A stretch of 64,000 nucleotides of DNA, from assembly GCA_963803305.1 (NCBI GenBank), contig CAWDLT010000009.1, forward strand, positions 333,347 to 397,346, written 5' to 3'. The notes under the pieces are model-generated. The model did no database searches and had not been told where the DNA came from. It saw only the letters and a program-made list of their open reading frames with translations. Each line of letters begins with the position of its first letter. The first letter of the stretch is position 1. Below are positions 34,113 through 50,046 of this stretch, one piece after another. The position numbers and the translations under genes were made by a program. This DNA comes from an uncultured bacterium. Its GTDB lineage: Bacteria > Actinomycetota > Thermoleophilia > Solirubrobacterales > 70-9.

Positions 34113-34826
34113 GTGAAAGCCCCTCTCAAGCGCCGCCGGCGGCGCTCCGCAGGCGGGAAATCGGCCCCCGTTCGGGGCTTCGCCGAGGCGACCCTTGAGC
34201 GCCTGGACCGCCGGCGCTCGGACGTCCTCGGGGCGGTCGCGGTGGCCGCTCGCAAGGCCGGGCGCGTCATCACCCCGGCGAGGGCGCTCGTGGTGGTGGC
34301 GCTCGTGGCGACGATCTGCCTCGGGGCCTCCCAGCTCGGCGACTATCGGGCGGTCGAGGTTGGCGCGCCCCAGTACAGGGGGGTGGACACGATCGCCCCG
34401 GCTCCCGAGCTTCAGCGTCGTACGCCGCGGGCGGCGCACGGGCTCGCTGTCGTCCTGATCGCCGTCGGCTCGGGCCTGGTCCTGGCCCTGGCGGTGGCGA
34501 GGAACCGGCGGCTGGCCCGCCTGCTGGTCTTCTCGGGAGCCGCGGTGATCGCGATCAGCCTCCTGGTCGATGCGCCGAAGGGGCTCCGCGAGGGATCGGT
34601 CGGGATCGCCTATCAGGGAGCCAACGCGGTGCTGCTCGGCCCCTTCTGGGTCCAGCTCGCCTCCGCGGTCACCCTGATGGTCGTCGGTCCCCTGCTCGCG
34701 GCGGGGCTCGGTGAGCGGGGAGCTCGCCGCAGCCGGCGGACCAGGCGCCGCTCGCGTGGCGCCGGCCGGGCGGGGACGCCCGGCCCGGCCGCGGAGGTCG
34801 CCGAGGCCAAGGGAGCGGCGACGTGA
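34113..34826 (+). CDS. Hypothetical integral membrane protein (4 predicted TM segments), paralogue 1
   Basis: Basic N-terminus, hydrophobic helices, motifs LLVDAPKG and GPFWVQL, and high third-position GC. It is encoded opposite to the flanking ribosomal genes. Confidence 0.6.
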   Translation: MKAPLKRRRRRSAGGKSAPVRGFAEATLERLDRRRSDVLGAVAVAARKAGRVITPARALVVVALVATICLGASQLGDYRAVEVGAPQYRGVDTIAPAPELQRRTPRAAHGLAVVLIAVGSGLVLALAVARNRRLARLLVFSGAAVIAISLLVDAPKGLREGSVGIAYQGANAVLLGPFWVQLASAVTLMVVGPLLAAGLGERGARRSRRTRRRSRGAGRAGTPGPAAEVAEAKGAAT

Positions 34827-35371
34827 GCTTGCGGCGCGGGCGGGCGAGGCGAGGTGGAGTGCCGGAACGGATTCTGCCGTTCGCGTGCATCGTCTCGGCG
34901 CTGGTGCTGCTGGCCTCGGAGTTCATGACCACCTTCCAGCTCGTCTCACTGCCCGCGCCCGGGGGAGCCCCCCTTTGCGGCATCGAGGCGGCCGACCGCC
35001 ACCACGACGCGGTAGCCGTGATCGCGATCTTCGCCATCGTTGCGGTCCTGGTGGCCGTGTTGGCCGGATCCAGGCCGGCCGCCGTGGCGGTCGCGGTGGC
35101 GGGAGTGCTGGCGCTGTTGCTGTTCGCGATCGTCGACCTACCCAAGGCGAACGACGTCGGGACCATCTCCAGCGCCTGCAATGCCGCCAGCCAGGGCTTC
35201 GACGCCAAGGCCCTCCCCCAGGCCGGCTTCTGGCTCGAGCTGGTGGGAGGCCTCGCCCTCGCCCTTAGCGGGGTCGCCCTCGCGACCCTGAGCTCAGAGC
35301 AGCTCAGGGCCCTGCGGCCGGGCCGAAAGCCAAACACGCCGGCCGCGAAAACCGAGCAGACACCCAGGTAG
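34823..35371 (+). CDS. Hypothetical integral membrane protein, paralogue 2
   Basis: Same topology and equivalent motifs (AIVDLPKAN, GFWLEL). Its GTG start overlaps the stop of paralogue 1. The last ~10 codons run into the repeat array. Confidence 0.6.
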   Translation: MSLRRGRARRGGVPERILPFACIVSALVLLASEFMTTFQLVSLPAPGGAPLCGIEAADRHHDAVAVIAIFAIVAVLVAVLAGSRPAAVAVAVAGVLALLLFAIVDLPKANDVGTISSACNAASQGFDAKALPQAGFWLELVGGLALALSGVALATLSSEQLRALRPGRKPNTPAAKTEQTPR

Positions 35372-35620
35372 GGCGAGCTCAGGGACTCCAGCCCCGGCGC
35401 GCGCGCCCAACGCGGCCGGGCGCGAAAACCGAGCAGGGTCGCCCGGTAGGGCCAGCTCAGGGAATGCAACCCTCCAACCCGGGCGCGCGCCCAACGCGGC
35501 CAGGCGCGAAAACCGAGCAGGTCAAGGACGCAGGCTGAGTGGCGAAGCGAGCGTGCTCAGGCACGTGAGCGAGGCGCGAAGCCGAGGACGCCGGCATGCG
35601 GCGGTTTGCAGCGGCCGGGG
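35337..35620 (-). repeat. Composite repeat downstream of rpsG: three tandem ~77-84-nt units, the last extending into a family-A-type element
   Basis: gcgaaaaccgagcag occurs at 35345, 35422 and 35506. 35521-35611 carries aaggacgcagg...gaggacgccgg...cggtttgcag. Confidence 0.75.
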
Positions 35621-36091
35621 CTACCAGCGGTAGTGGGCGAACGCCTTGTTCGCCTGCGCCATGCGGTAGATGTCGTCCTTGCGCTTCCAGGCCCCACCCT
35701 GCTGGCGGGTCGAGTCCATGATCTCGTTCGCGAGCCGCTCGGCCATCGACTTCTCGCGACGAGCCCGAGCGAACTGGACGAGCCAGCGAACGGCAAGGGT
35801 GCGGGCCCTCCGCGCGGGAACCTCGACGGGCACCTGGTAGGTGGCACCACCGACCCGCCGCGAGCGCACCTCCAGCACTGGGGTCAGCTCCTTGATCGAC
35901 TCCTCGAGTACCTCGACCGGGGGGCGGTTGGTGCGCTCGGCGACCACGGCGAGCGCGTCGTAGACGATCTGCTCGGCGATCGACTTCTTGCCGGCGCTCA
36001 TCACCTTGTTGATGACCTGCTGGACGAGCCGGCTTCGATGCATTGCATCCGGCTCGACCGGCCGGATGGGCGCGCGCGCTCGGCGCGGCAT
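35621..36091 (-). CDS. rpsG: 30S ribosomal protein S7
   Basis: Contains [26 protein letters not shown] and ends FAHYRW. Confidence 0.95.
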   Translation of the reverse strand: MPRRARAPIRPVEPDAMHRSRLVQQVINKVMSAGKKSIAEQIVYDALAVVAERTNRPPVEVLEESIKELTPVLEVRSRRVGGATYQVPVEVPARRARTLAVRWLVQFARARREKSMAERLANEIMDSTRQQGGAWKRKDDIYRMAQANKAFAHYRW

Positions 36092-36128
36092 CAGCTGAGC
36101 GCCCCGCGAGCGGGAACGCGACGGAGCG

Positions 36129-36521
36129 TCAACGCTTCACCCCGTACTGGGAACGCGACTGCCTGCGATCGGAGACGCCGGACGCATCGAGGGTGCCGCG
36201 CACGACCTTGTAGCGGACCCCCGGCAGGTCCTTGACCCGGCCACCGCGGACGAGCACGACCGAGTGCTCCTGGAGGTTGTGTCCCTCCCCCGGGATGTAG
36301 CAGGTGACCTCCATCCCATTGGTGAGCCGGACGCGCGCCACCTTGCGAAGCGCCGAGTTCGGCTTCTTCGGTGTTGCCGTGTAAACCCGCGTGCAGACTC
36401 CGCGTCGCTGCGGCGCCGAGGAACGGCGCTTGCGGCCGTGGCCCGACTTCAAGCCTGGGGTCGCGACCTTCTTCGTCGGGCGCTTGCGGCCCCTTCTGAT
36501 CAGTTGGCTCGTGGTCGGCAC
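36129..36521 (-). CDS. rpsL: 30S ribosomal protein S12
   Basis: Starts [13 protein letters not shown] and contains [20 protein letters not shown]. Confidence 0.95.
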   Translation of the reverse strand: MPTTSQLIRRGRKRPTKKVATPGLKSGHGRKRRSSAPQRRGVCTRVYTATPKKPNSALRKVARVRLTNGMEVTCYIPGEGHNLQEHSVVLVRGGRVKDLPGVRYKVVRGTLDASGVSDRRQSRSQYGVKR

Positions 36522-36562
36522 CGACGCGGGATCTTAGCGATCGCCCTCGCTAGGCTGGAGGC

Positions 36563-37060
36563 ATCGCAGACAGCGAACGCCCGATACTCGCCCTGGACGT
36601 CGACGGTGTGATCAGCCTGTTCGGGTTCGACGGCCCCCTCGAAAAGGTCCCCGGCCGGTTCCACCTGATCGACGGGATGGCCCACTGCATACCGGACGAG
36701 GTCGGCGGCCGCCTGCGCTCGCTGGCCGAAGCCTACGAGATCGTCTGGGCGACCGGTTGGGAGGACCGGGCCAACGATCGGCTGCCGGACATCCTCGGCC
36801 TCCCTGACCGCTTCCCGGTCCTCGACTTCGACGGCAGCGCCACCTTCGGTTCCGCACATTGGAAGATCGGGCCGATCGAGGCTTACGCCGGCGATCGACC
36901 CCTGGCTTGGGTGGACGACTGCCTCGATGAGAGCTGCGAGGACTGGGCGGCGATGCGCGCGGCGCCCACCCTGCTGGTTCCCACCGAGCCCCACCTCGGC
37001 CTTACCGATGCCCAAGTCGAAGCCCTGCTCAGCTGGGCACGCGCGGGATACACTGCCTGA
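36563..37060 (+). CDS. HAD-superfamily phosphatase-like protein (start codon unresolved)
   Basis: Motifs LALDVDGV (I), WATGW (II) and WVDDC (IV). Motif I lies upstream of the first canonical start (GTG 36608). The frame is open back to the TAG at 36551, and the ATC at 36563 would give MADSERPILALDVDGV. Confidence 0.55.
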   Translation: MADSERPILALDVDGVISLFGFDGPLEKVPGRFHLIDGMAHCIPDEVGGRLRSLAEAYEIVWATGWEDRANDRLPDILGLPDRFPVLDFDGSATFGSAHWKIGPIEAYAGDRPLAWVDDCLDESCEDWAAMRAAPTLLVPTEPHLGLTDAQVEALLSWARAGYTA

Positions 37061-37119
37061 AGCGCGGCGCCGCGAACTGGAGATCGAGATCTTGCCGAGC
37101 GCGAACTAGGTTCTAAATC

Positions 37120-37446
37120 GTGGAGGGGTTCTGGCCAATCTTCTTCTTGGCGGTGATCCTGAAGATCCCGATCGCCGGGCTGCTCTACCTCGTCTGGTGG
37201 GCGATTCACCAGACTCCTGAGACCGAGGACGCGCCGCCAGGGGCCGAGGACCGGGACATCCGGCGCCGTCCCAAGCCCCGCCGCCCGCGCGGTCCGCGAC
37301 GCGGACCCCATGCCCCGGACGCGCTACCGCTACCGGGCTGCCCGCCGGGTGGGCGCCTTCGCGTTCTGAAGCCTCCGGCGCCGGCCCGGGCCGCGTCCGC
37401 ACATGCGCGGGGCTCCGTGGAGCCGAGCGAGACCGAGCCCGTCTAG
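37120..37446 (+). CDS. Small hypothetical membrane-anchored protein
   Basis: An N-terminal TM segment (FWPIFFLAVILKIPIAGLLYLVWWAI) is followed by an Arg/Pro-rich tail. GC3 is high. Confidence 0.45.
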   Translation: MEGFWPIFFLAVILKIPIAGLLYLVWWAIHQTPETEDAPPGAEDRDIRRRPKPRRPRGPRRGPHAPDALPLPGCPPGGRLRVLKPPAPARAASAHARGSVEPSETEPV

Positions 37447-38366
37447 GCAAGCCCGTCGGACAGGCGCGCCAGCGCTTGCCCGATCCGGACGAGCGTCGCC
37501 TTTGGCTCGTCGACGAGCTGCCGCCAGGTGACCCTGATCACGTTGAAGCCGCGGGCAGCGAGCTCCGCGTCGCGCCGGCGGTCCGCCTCGAACGCGGCGC
37601 GGTCGCCGTGGAAGGCGAACCCGTCGACCTCGACGGCGAGCCCCGCCTCGCGCCACACGAAGTCGACCTCATACGGCCCAAGGCGCACATTGACGTCCGG
37701 AGCGGGGAGCTGGGCCTTCCGAAGCAGGGCGAGCAGCCGCTCCTCGGCCTGCGAGCGGGTCAGCGCGGGGCCCTCGTTGTCCTCCAGCAACGTCCTCAGC
37801 ACTCGCGTTCCCGCGCGGCCGCGATGACGGGCGATCAGGGAGAGCAGGGCGCCGCGGTTGGCGAGGCGCCGGCGCTGCGCCTCCGCCACCGCCTGCTCGA
37901 GCTCGCGCGGGGACACCGCGAGCCCGATGTCGAGAATCGTCCGGTCCGGAGTGGTGATCGGGATGCCCTTGAGGCTCGTGGTCTCGCCTCTTTGGAGGGC
38001 AGGGGGCCTATGGACGTGGACGCCCGGCCTTCGGATTCGACGGCCCGCCGGAACCGTAACGTCGACGGTGCTTTGATTGGCTGGGTGAGGAAGCAGGCCC
38101 CAGAGCTGCGCCGCGGTCCGGTGGCTCAAGACGGCTCCCTCGCCACAAGCGAGGACGGCTGCCATCTCGCCTGCGTGGGGCCCAGCGATCGGCCCGATCG
38201 CATAGACGCCGCGCTGCATCGGCCGAAGCCACCGCGACCTCACGCGGCTATCGACGGCGTCGGGGCGGATCCCGACCCCGCGCAACTGCGCACGGGTGAC
38301 GACACCCTGCTGCTCGGCCGCGAGCGCGTTGATCGCCGCCCACGAGCCGCCGTCAACCGTCCACAC
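37443..38366 (-). CDS. AbiEi-like N-terminal domain / DUF559 (Vsr-like endonuclease fold) protein
   Basis: The N-terminus QQGVVTRAQLRGVGIRPDAVDSRVRSRWLRPMQRGVY resembles AbiEi_4-type HTH domains. The C-terminus YEVDFVWREAGLAVEVDGFAFHGDRAAFEADRRRDAELAARGFNVIRVTW is DUF559-like. Confidence 0.7.
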   Translation of the reverse strand: MWTVDGGSWAAINALAAEQQGVVTRAQLRGVGIRPDAVDSRVRSRWLRPMQRGVYAIGPIAGPHAGEMAAVLACGEGAVLSHRTAAQLWGLLPHPANQSTVDVTVPAGRRIRRPGVHVHRPPALQRGETTSLKGIPITTPDRTILDIGLAVSPRELEQAVAEAQRRRLANRGALLSLIARHRGRAGTRVLRTLLEDNEGPALTRSQAEERLLALLRKAQLPAPDVNVRLGPYEVDFVWREAGLAVEVDGFAFHGDRAAFEADRRRDAELAARGFNVIRVTWRQLVDEPKATLVRIGQALARLSDGLA

Positions 38367-38572
38367 GCCCCCACCTCACTCGCCTTTGGAGCATTGACCG
38401 CCCATACGACGGTCAACCCTCCACACACCACCCCCGCCCCCACGTGTGGAGGGTTGACGTCGGGAAGGGGGTGAACTGGAGGGGTCGCCGAGGCCGGCGT
38501 GACGGCTGGCGGGGTACGGGTGTCGCGCTCCCCAGCCCTCGAACATCGAAGAAAGCGCAGGGCACGGACCTG

Positions 38573-38726
38573 CCCTACCCAGCCGCCGAGCGCGGGCGCG
38601 ACGCCAACGCGTGGCGCCCCCTACCCAGCCGCCGAGCGCGGGCGCGACGCCAACGCGTGGCGCCCCCTACCCAGCCGCCGAGCGCGGGGGCGACGCCAAC
38701 GCGTGGCGCCCCCTACCCAGCCGCCG
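38573..38726. repeat. 46-nt tandem repeat, 3 full copies plus a 16-nt partial copy
   Basis: The unit ccctacccagccgccgagcgcgggcgcgacgccaacgcgtggcgcc occurs at 38573, 38619 and 38665 (one mismatch) and partially at 38711. It lies 75 nt beyond the rpoC stop. Confidence 0.85.
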
Positions 38727-38800
38727 TACGTCCCGCGCCGCCGATCGCGACTGGATCGGCGTCCCTGCCGCGGGCGCGCGGAACCGCGCCCGCGTAGCGA

Positions 38801-42814
<4,014 letters not shown>

Positions 42815-42896
42815 CAGTCCTTTGGCTCTTGGCTAGTCGGTGGCTTGGTCTGGTCGGCCCTCGTCGGTGCGCCGAGGGTCATCGGGGCCCGCGCCC

Positions 42897-46463
<3,567 letters not shown>

Positions 46464-46587
46464 CTGGGCGACTCCTCAGCAGGTCGGGGGGAGCGAGTAT
46501 CCCCGCGAGTAAATTCGGGCAGCAAGGGCTCAACGGCGCGCGACCCTGCAAAATACCATAGTCACGCACGCTCAAGCAAGCCTAGCA

Positions 46588-46609
46588 GGCCGGGCAACGA
46601 TACCCGGCC
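46588..46609 (-). terminator. rplL-rpoB intergenic hairpin (attenuator candidate)
   Basis: The minus strand reads GGCCGGG-tatcgttg-CCCGGCC, 7 nt after the rplL stop, with a weak U tract. Confidence 0.4.
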
Positions 46610-46615
46610 CACCGG

Positions 46616-47005
46616 CTACTTGAGCTCGACTTCGCCGCCGGCTTCCTCGAGATCGCCCTTGAGCTTCTCGGCCTCCTCGCGCTCCAGGCCCTCCTTGACG
46701 GCCTTCGGGGCGCTGTCGACCAGCGACTTCGCCTCCTTGAGGCCGAGGCCGGTGGCCGCGCGGACTGCCTTGATCACCTGGATCTTCTTGTCGCCGGGAG
46801 CCGTGAGCACGACGTCGACGGTGCTCGACTCCTCCTCGCCTCCGCCATCGCCGCCGTCGCCGGCGGCCGCGGGAGCGGCGGCGGCAACCGCGGTCGCGGA
46901 GACGCCGAACTCCTCCTCGAGCGCCTTGATGCGCTCCGACAGCTCCAGGACCGAGATGCCCTTGAGCTCCTCGATCCAATCGGCCGTGCTGATCTTCGTG
47001 GCCAC
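46616..47005 (-). CDS. rplL: 50S ribosomal protein L7/L12
   Basis: Contains [14 protein letters not shown] and ends [40 protein letters not shown]. Confidence 0.95.
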   Translation of the reverse strand: MATKISTADWIEELKGISVLELSERIKALEEEFGVSATAVAAAAPAAAGDGGDGGGEEESSTVDVVLTAPGDKKIQVIKAVRAATGLGLKEAKSLVDSAPKAVKEGLEREEAEKLKGDLEEAGGEVELK

Positions 47006-47008
47006 TCT

Positions 47009-47800
47009 TTACTCCTCGCTCTTCGTTTCCTCTTGGACATCTTCGCCGGGGGCTTCGTTCTCGGCGGGTTCGGCCTCCGACGCGGCGGCAGGCTGGGCCT
47101 CCTGCTCCGCCTCATCGTCGTCAGCCTCAGCGGACTCTTCATCGGGCTCACCGTCGGCCGGCCCCTCCGTGGTTGCCGGCGACTCATCGGCCGACGCGGC
47201 GGCCGCGCCGTCTTCGGCCCCGGCGGGCTCCTCCTCGGCGGCGGGCTCTTCCGCGGCGGGCTCTTCCTCGGCGACCCCGCCCCCGACCAGACCCTTCTCC
47301 TGGATCTGGCCCAGCGCGACCGCCAACCCGGAGACCATCGACGCGAGGCCCCGCACGAGCCCGGTGATCGGGCTCGCCGCGATCCCGACGAGCTGGCCGC
47401 GCAGAACGTCGAGGCCGGGGAGGCGGGCGATCGCCAGGAACTCGTCGGGCCCCAGCGGAGCTCCGTCCATGATCCCGCCCTTGTACTCGAGGATCTCGTG
47501 CTGCCTGCCGAAGGTCGAGATCGCCTTCGCCGCGGTCACGGCGTCGCCCTTGACGAAGGTCAGCGCCGTGGGGCCCTCCAGCAGCGGATCGAGCTCGGCG
47601 GTGCCGACCCGCTCGACGGCGCGCTTGGCGAGCCGGTTCTTGACTACTCGGAAGGTCGCGTCGGCCTCGGAGAGCTGAGCCCGAAGCTCGGCGGCCTGGG
47701 GAACGCTGATGCCCCGATAGTCGACCGCGAAGATCGCGCTCGCCTCACCGAGGCGATCGGCGATCTCGTCGACGAGGACTGATTTCTGCTCTTTGTCCAT
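47009..47800 (-). CDS. rplJ: 50S ribosomal protein L10 with a ~85-aa acidic C-terminal extension
   Basis: An L10 core (MDKEQKSVLVDEIADRL...) followed by ...EEPAAEEPAAEEEPAGAEDG...AEADDDEAEQEAQPAAASEAEPAENEAPGEDVQEETKSEE. Confidence 0.9.
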   Translation of the reverse strand: MDKEQKSVLVDEIADRLGEASAIFAVDYRGISVPQAAELRAQLSEADATFRVVKNRLAKRAVERVGTAELDPLLEGPTALTFVKGDAVTAAKAISTFGRQHEILEYKGGIMDGAPLGPDEFLAIARLPGLDVLRGQLVGIAASPITGLVRGLASMVSGLAVALGQIQEKGLVGGGVAEEEPAAEEPAAEEEPAGAEDGAAAASADESPATTEGPADGEPDEESAEADDDEAEQEAQPAAASEAEPAENEAPGEDVQEETKSEE

Positions 47801-47951
47801 GTGTCTCGTTCCGTTCCGGTCACCGCGACGAAAGAGCCCGCACGCAGGCGGGCTCTGAGCAGCGACTCAGCACCTCGCCTGCGTCGGTCTTCCGGGCTCA
47901 CCCCTGGCGAGCTCCGCCGACGGTCTTCGGCAGGTTCGTGTGGCGGGGATT
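47801..47951 (-). promoter_or_regulatory. Putative L10 (rplJL) leader with an attenuator hairpin
   Basis: The minus strand has two GAAGACCG-containing hairpins, then AGAGCCCGC-ctgcgt-GCGGGCTCT followed by TTCG (plus coordinates 47833-47856). This is consistent with L10-L12 autoregulatory leaders; no covariance model was run. Confidence 0.45.
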
Positions 47952-48731
47952 CTACGCAGGCGCCTCCGCCGGCGAGCGCTCGGGCTCCTCGGAGGACGCC
48001 GCTCCGTTTCCGGCGCTCGCGAGGATCTCGCCCTCGCGGATGCGGGATGCGTTGACTCGGATGCCGGGGCCCATCGTGGTCGCCAGGGTGACCGAGAGCA
48101 GGTAGCGGCCCTTGGCGGCGGCGGGGCGAGCGCGGACGATCTCGTCGATGACCGCGGCGTAGTTCTCGAGCAGGGCCCGCTCATCGAAGCTCGCCTTGCC
48201 GATCGTCAGATGGACGACCGCCTGGCGGTCGGTCCGGTACTCAACCTTGCCGGCCTTCGCCTCACCCACCGCCTTCGCGACGTCATTGGTCACCGTCCCG
48301 ACCTTGGGGTTCGGCATCTTTCCCTGCGGACCGAGGATCCGGCCCAGCTTCGAGACGACCGGGCCCATCAGGTCGGGGGTCGTGATCGCGACGTCGAAGT
48401 CGGTCCAGCCCTCGTTGACGCGATCGGCGAGATCCTGGGCACCCACGTGGTCGGCACCCGCCTCGGTCGCGGCCTTTGCGGCGTCGCCCTCGGCGAATGC
48501 CGCGACCACGACCTCCTTGCCGAGCCCGTGCGGCAGGGCGAGCGTGCCCCGGAGCTGCTCCTCGGCGTGGCGGACGTTGACCCCGAGGCGCAGGTGCACC
48601 TCGACCGTCTCGTCGAACTTGGCGCCCGCCGTCTCCTTGACCAGAGCGACCGCTTCGGCCGGCGAGTAACGACGATCGCGGTCGACCTTGTCGTAGGCAT
48701 CACGGAACCTCTTGCCGCGGCGGCCGGCCAT
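47952..48731 (-). CDS. rplA: 50S ribosomal protein L1
   Basis: Contains [27 protein letters not shown] and [13 protein letters not shown]. The ATG at 48731 overlaps the rplK stop. Confidence 0.95.
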   Translation of the reverse strand: MAGRRGKRFRDAYDKVDRDRRYSPAEAVALVKETAGAKFDETVEVHLRLGVNVRHAEEQLRGTLALPHGLGKEVVVAAFAEGDAAKAATEAGADHVGAQDLADRVNEGWTDFDVAITTPDLMGPVVSKLGRILGPQGKMPNPKVGTVTNDVAKAVGEAKAGKVEYRTDRQAVVHLTIGKASFDERALLENYAAVIDEIVRARPAAAKGRYLLSVTLATTMGPGIRVNASRIREGEILASAGNGAASSEEPERSPAEAPA

Positions 48732-49162
48732 CACTCGAGACCCTCCACGTCGACCCCCATCGAGCGCGCCGTCCCGGCGATGATCCGGGATGCGGCGTCG
48801 AGGTCGTTCGCATTCAGATCGGGCATCTTGCGCTCCGCGATCTGACGCACCTGGGCGGCGCTGATCGTTCCTACCTTGTTGCGGTTTGGCTCGCCCGAGC
48901 CCTTCTCCAGGCCGATCGCCTCCTTGATCAGGACGGCGGCCGGCGGCGTCTTGGTGATGAACTCGAACGATCGGTCCTCGAATACGGTGATCTCGACCGG
49001 GATGATCGTCCCCGCGTCCTGCTGGGTCTGGGCGTTGAACGCCTTGCAGAACTCCATGATGTTGACTCCGTGCTGACCCAGCGCGGGGCCGACCGGCGGC
49101 GCGGGGTTCGCGGCCCCGGCCGGGATCTGGAGCTTGATCAGTGTGAGGACTTTCTTCGCCAT
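48731..49162 (-). CDS. rplK: 50S ribosomal protein L11
   Basis: Starts [40 protein letters not shown]. Confidence 0.95.
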   Translation of the reverse strand: MAKKVLTLIKLQIPAGAANPAPPVGPALGQHGVNIMEFCKAFNAQTQQDAGTIIPVEITVFEDRSFEFITKTPPAAVLIKEAIGLEKGSGEPNRNKVGTISAAQVRQIAERKMPDLNANDLDAASRIIAGTARSMGVDVEGLE

Positions 49163-49186
49163 CGGTGGGTGAGCTTAGGGCGTCTT

Positions 49187-49465
49187 CTTACTTCTGAATC
49201 TCTTGCGGATGCCTCCGGCATCCTTACATGCTGCTTTCGGGGCTAAAGCCCCTCATCGGGACCAAGAAGATCTTTCAGATTCTCCTGAATACCTTGCGGA
49301 TGCCTCCGGCATCCTTACATGCTGCTTTCGGGGCTAAAGCCCCTCATCGGGACCAAGAAGATCTTTCAGATTCTCCTGAATACCTTGCGGATGCCTCCGG
49401 CATCCTTACATGCTGCTTTCGGGGCTAAAGCCCCTCATCGGGACCAAGAAGATCTTTCAGATCTT
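49187..49465 (-). repeat. Family-C perfect tandem repeat, ~3 x 91 nt, between nusG and rplK
   Basis: cttgcggatgcc recurs at 49202, 49293 and 49384, and the copies look identical by eye. Each unit has the hairpins ggatgcc-tcc-ggcatcc and ggggct-aa-agcccc. The array abuts the nusG stop. Confidence 0.9.
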
Positions 49466-49978
49466 CTTCACCTGGTCGTACCCCACCTCGACGGGCGTCT
49501 CGCGGCCGAAGATCGAGACGAGCACCTTGAGCTTCGCCGCGTCCTCGTTGATCTCGGCGATCTCCCCGGAGAAGTCCGACAGCGGCCCGGAGATGACCTT
49601 GACCGTCTCCCCCACCGTGAACTGCGCGCGGCTTCGGGGACGCTCGGCGGTCTCGCGGTGAAGCAGCCGGTCCACCTCGGGCTGCGACAGCGGGATCGGC
49701 TTGTTTCGGGAGCCGACGAAGCCGGTGACCCCGGGGGTGTTCTTGACCAGGTTCCAAGCGTCGTCGGTCATCTCCATCTGAACCAGCACATAGCCGGGCA
49801 TGGTCCGCTTCTCGATCTGCACGCGCTGGCCGTCCTTGAGCTCTGACACCTGCTCGGTCGGAACCACGACCTGGCGCACCCTCTGGCGTTCGCCCATCGT
49901 CTCGATCCGGTGCTCGAGGTTGTGCTTGACCTTGTTCTCGTGCCCGGAATAGGTATTGATCACGTACCAGCGGAACAT
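49457..49978 (-). CDS. nusG: Transcription termination/antitermination factor NusG
   Basis: Starts MFRWYVINTYSGHENKVKHNLEHRI (NGN domain). The C-terminal KOW is GETVKVISGPLSDFSGEIAEIN. Confidence 0.95.
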   Translation of the reverse strand: MFRWYVINTYSGHENKVKHNLEHRIETMGERQRVRQVVVPTEQVSELKDGQRVQIEKRTMPGYVLVQMEMTDDAWNLVKNTPGVTGFVGSRNKPIPLSQPEVDRLLHRETAERPRSRAQFTVGETVKVISGPLSDFSGEIAEINEDAAKLKVLVSIFGRETPVEVGYDQVKKI

Positions 49979-50046
49979 TGCCTCTGCTCTCGTTGCTCGG
50001 TTGTGGGTCGGCGTTGGTGGGGTTTGGAGGGCGCTTCAGGGAATGG

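Noticed and set aside
38573-38726. Possibility that the 46-nt array (and the 91-nt array at 49187-49465) is a CRISPR locus.
   Set aside because: The repeats are directly adjacent with no unique spacers, and no cas genes are in the window.
49228-49846. Plus-strand ORFs beginning MLLSGLKPLIGTKKIFQ that recur three times in the nusG-rplK spacer.
   Set aside because: They are simply the 91-nt tandem repeat read in one frame. Their identical sequences reflect DNA repetition. They have no SD and run antisense into nusG.
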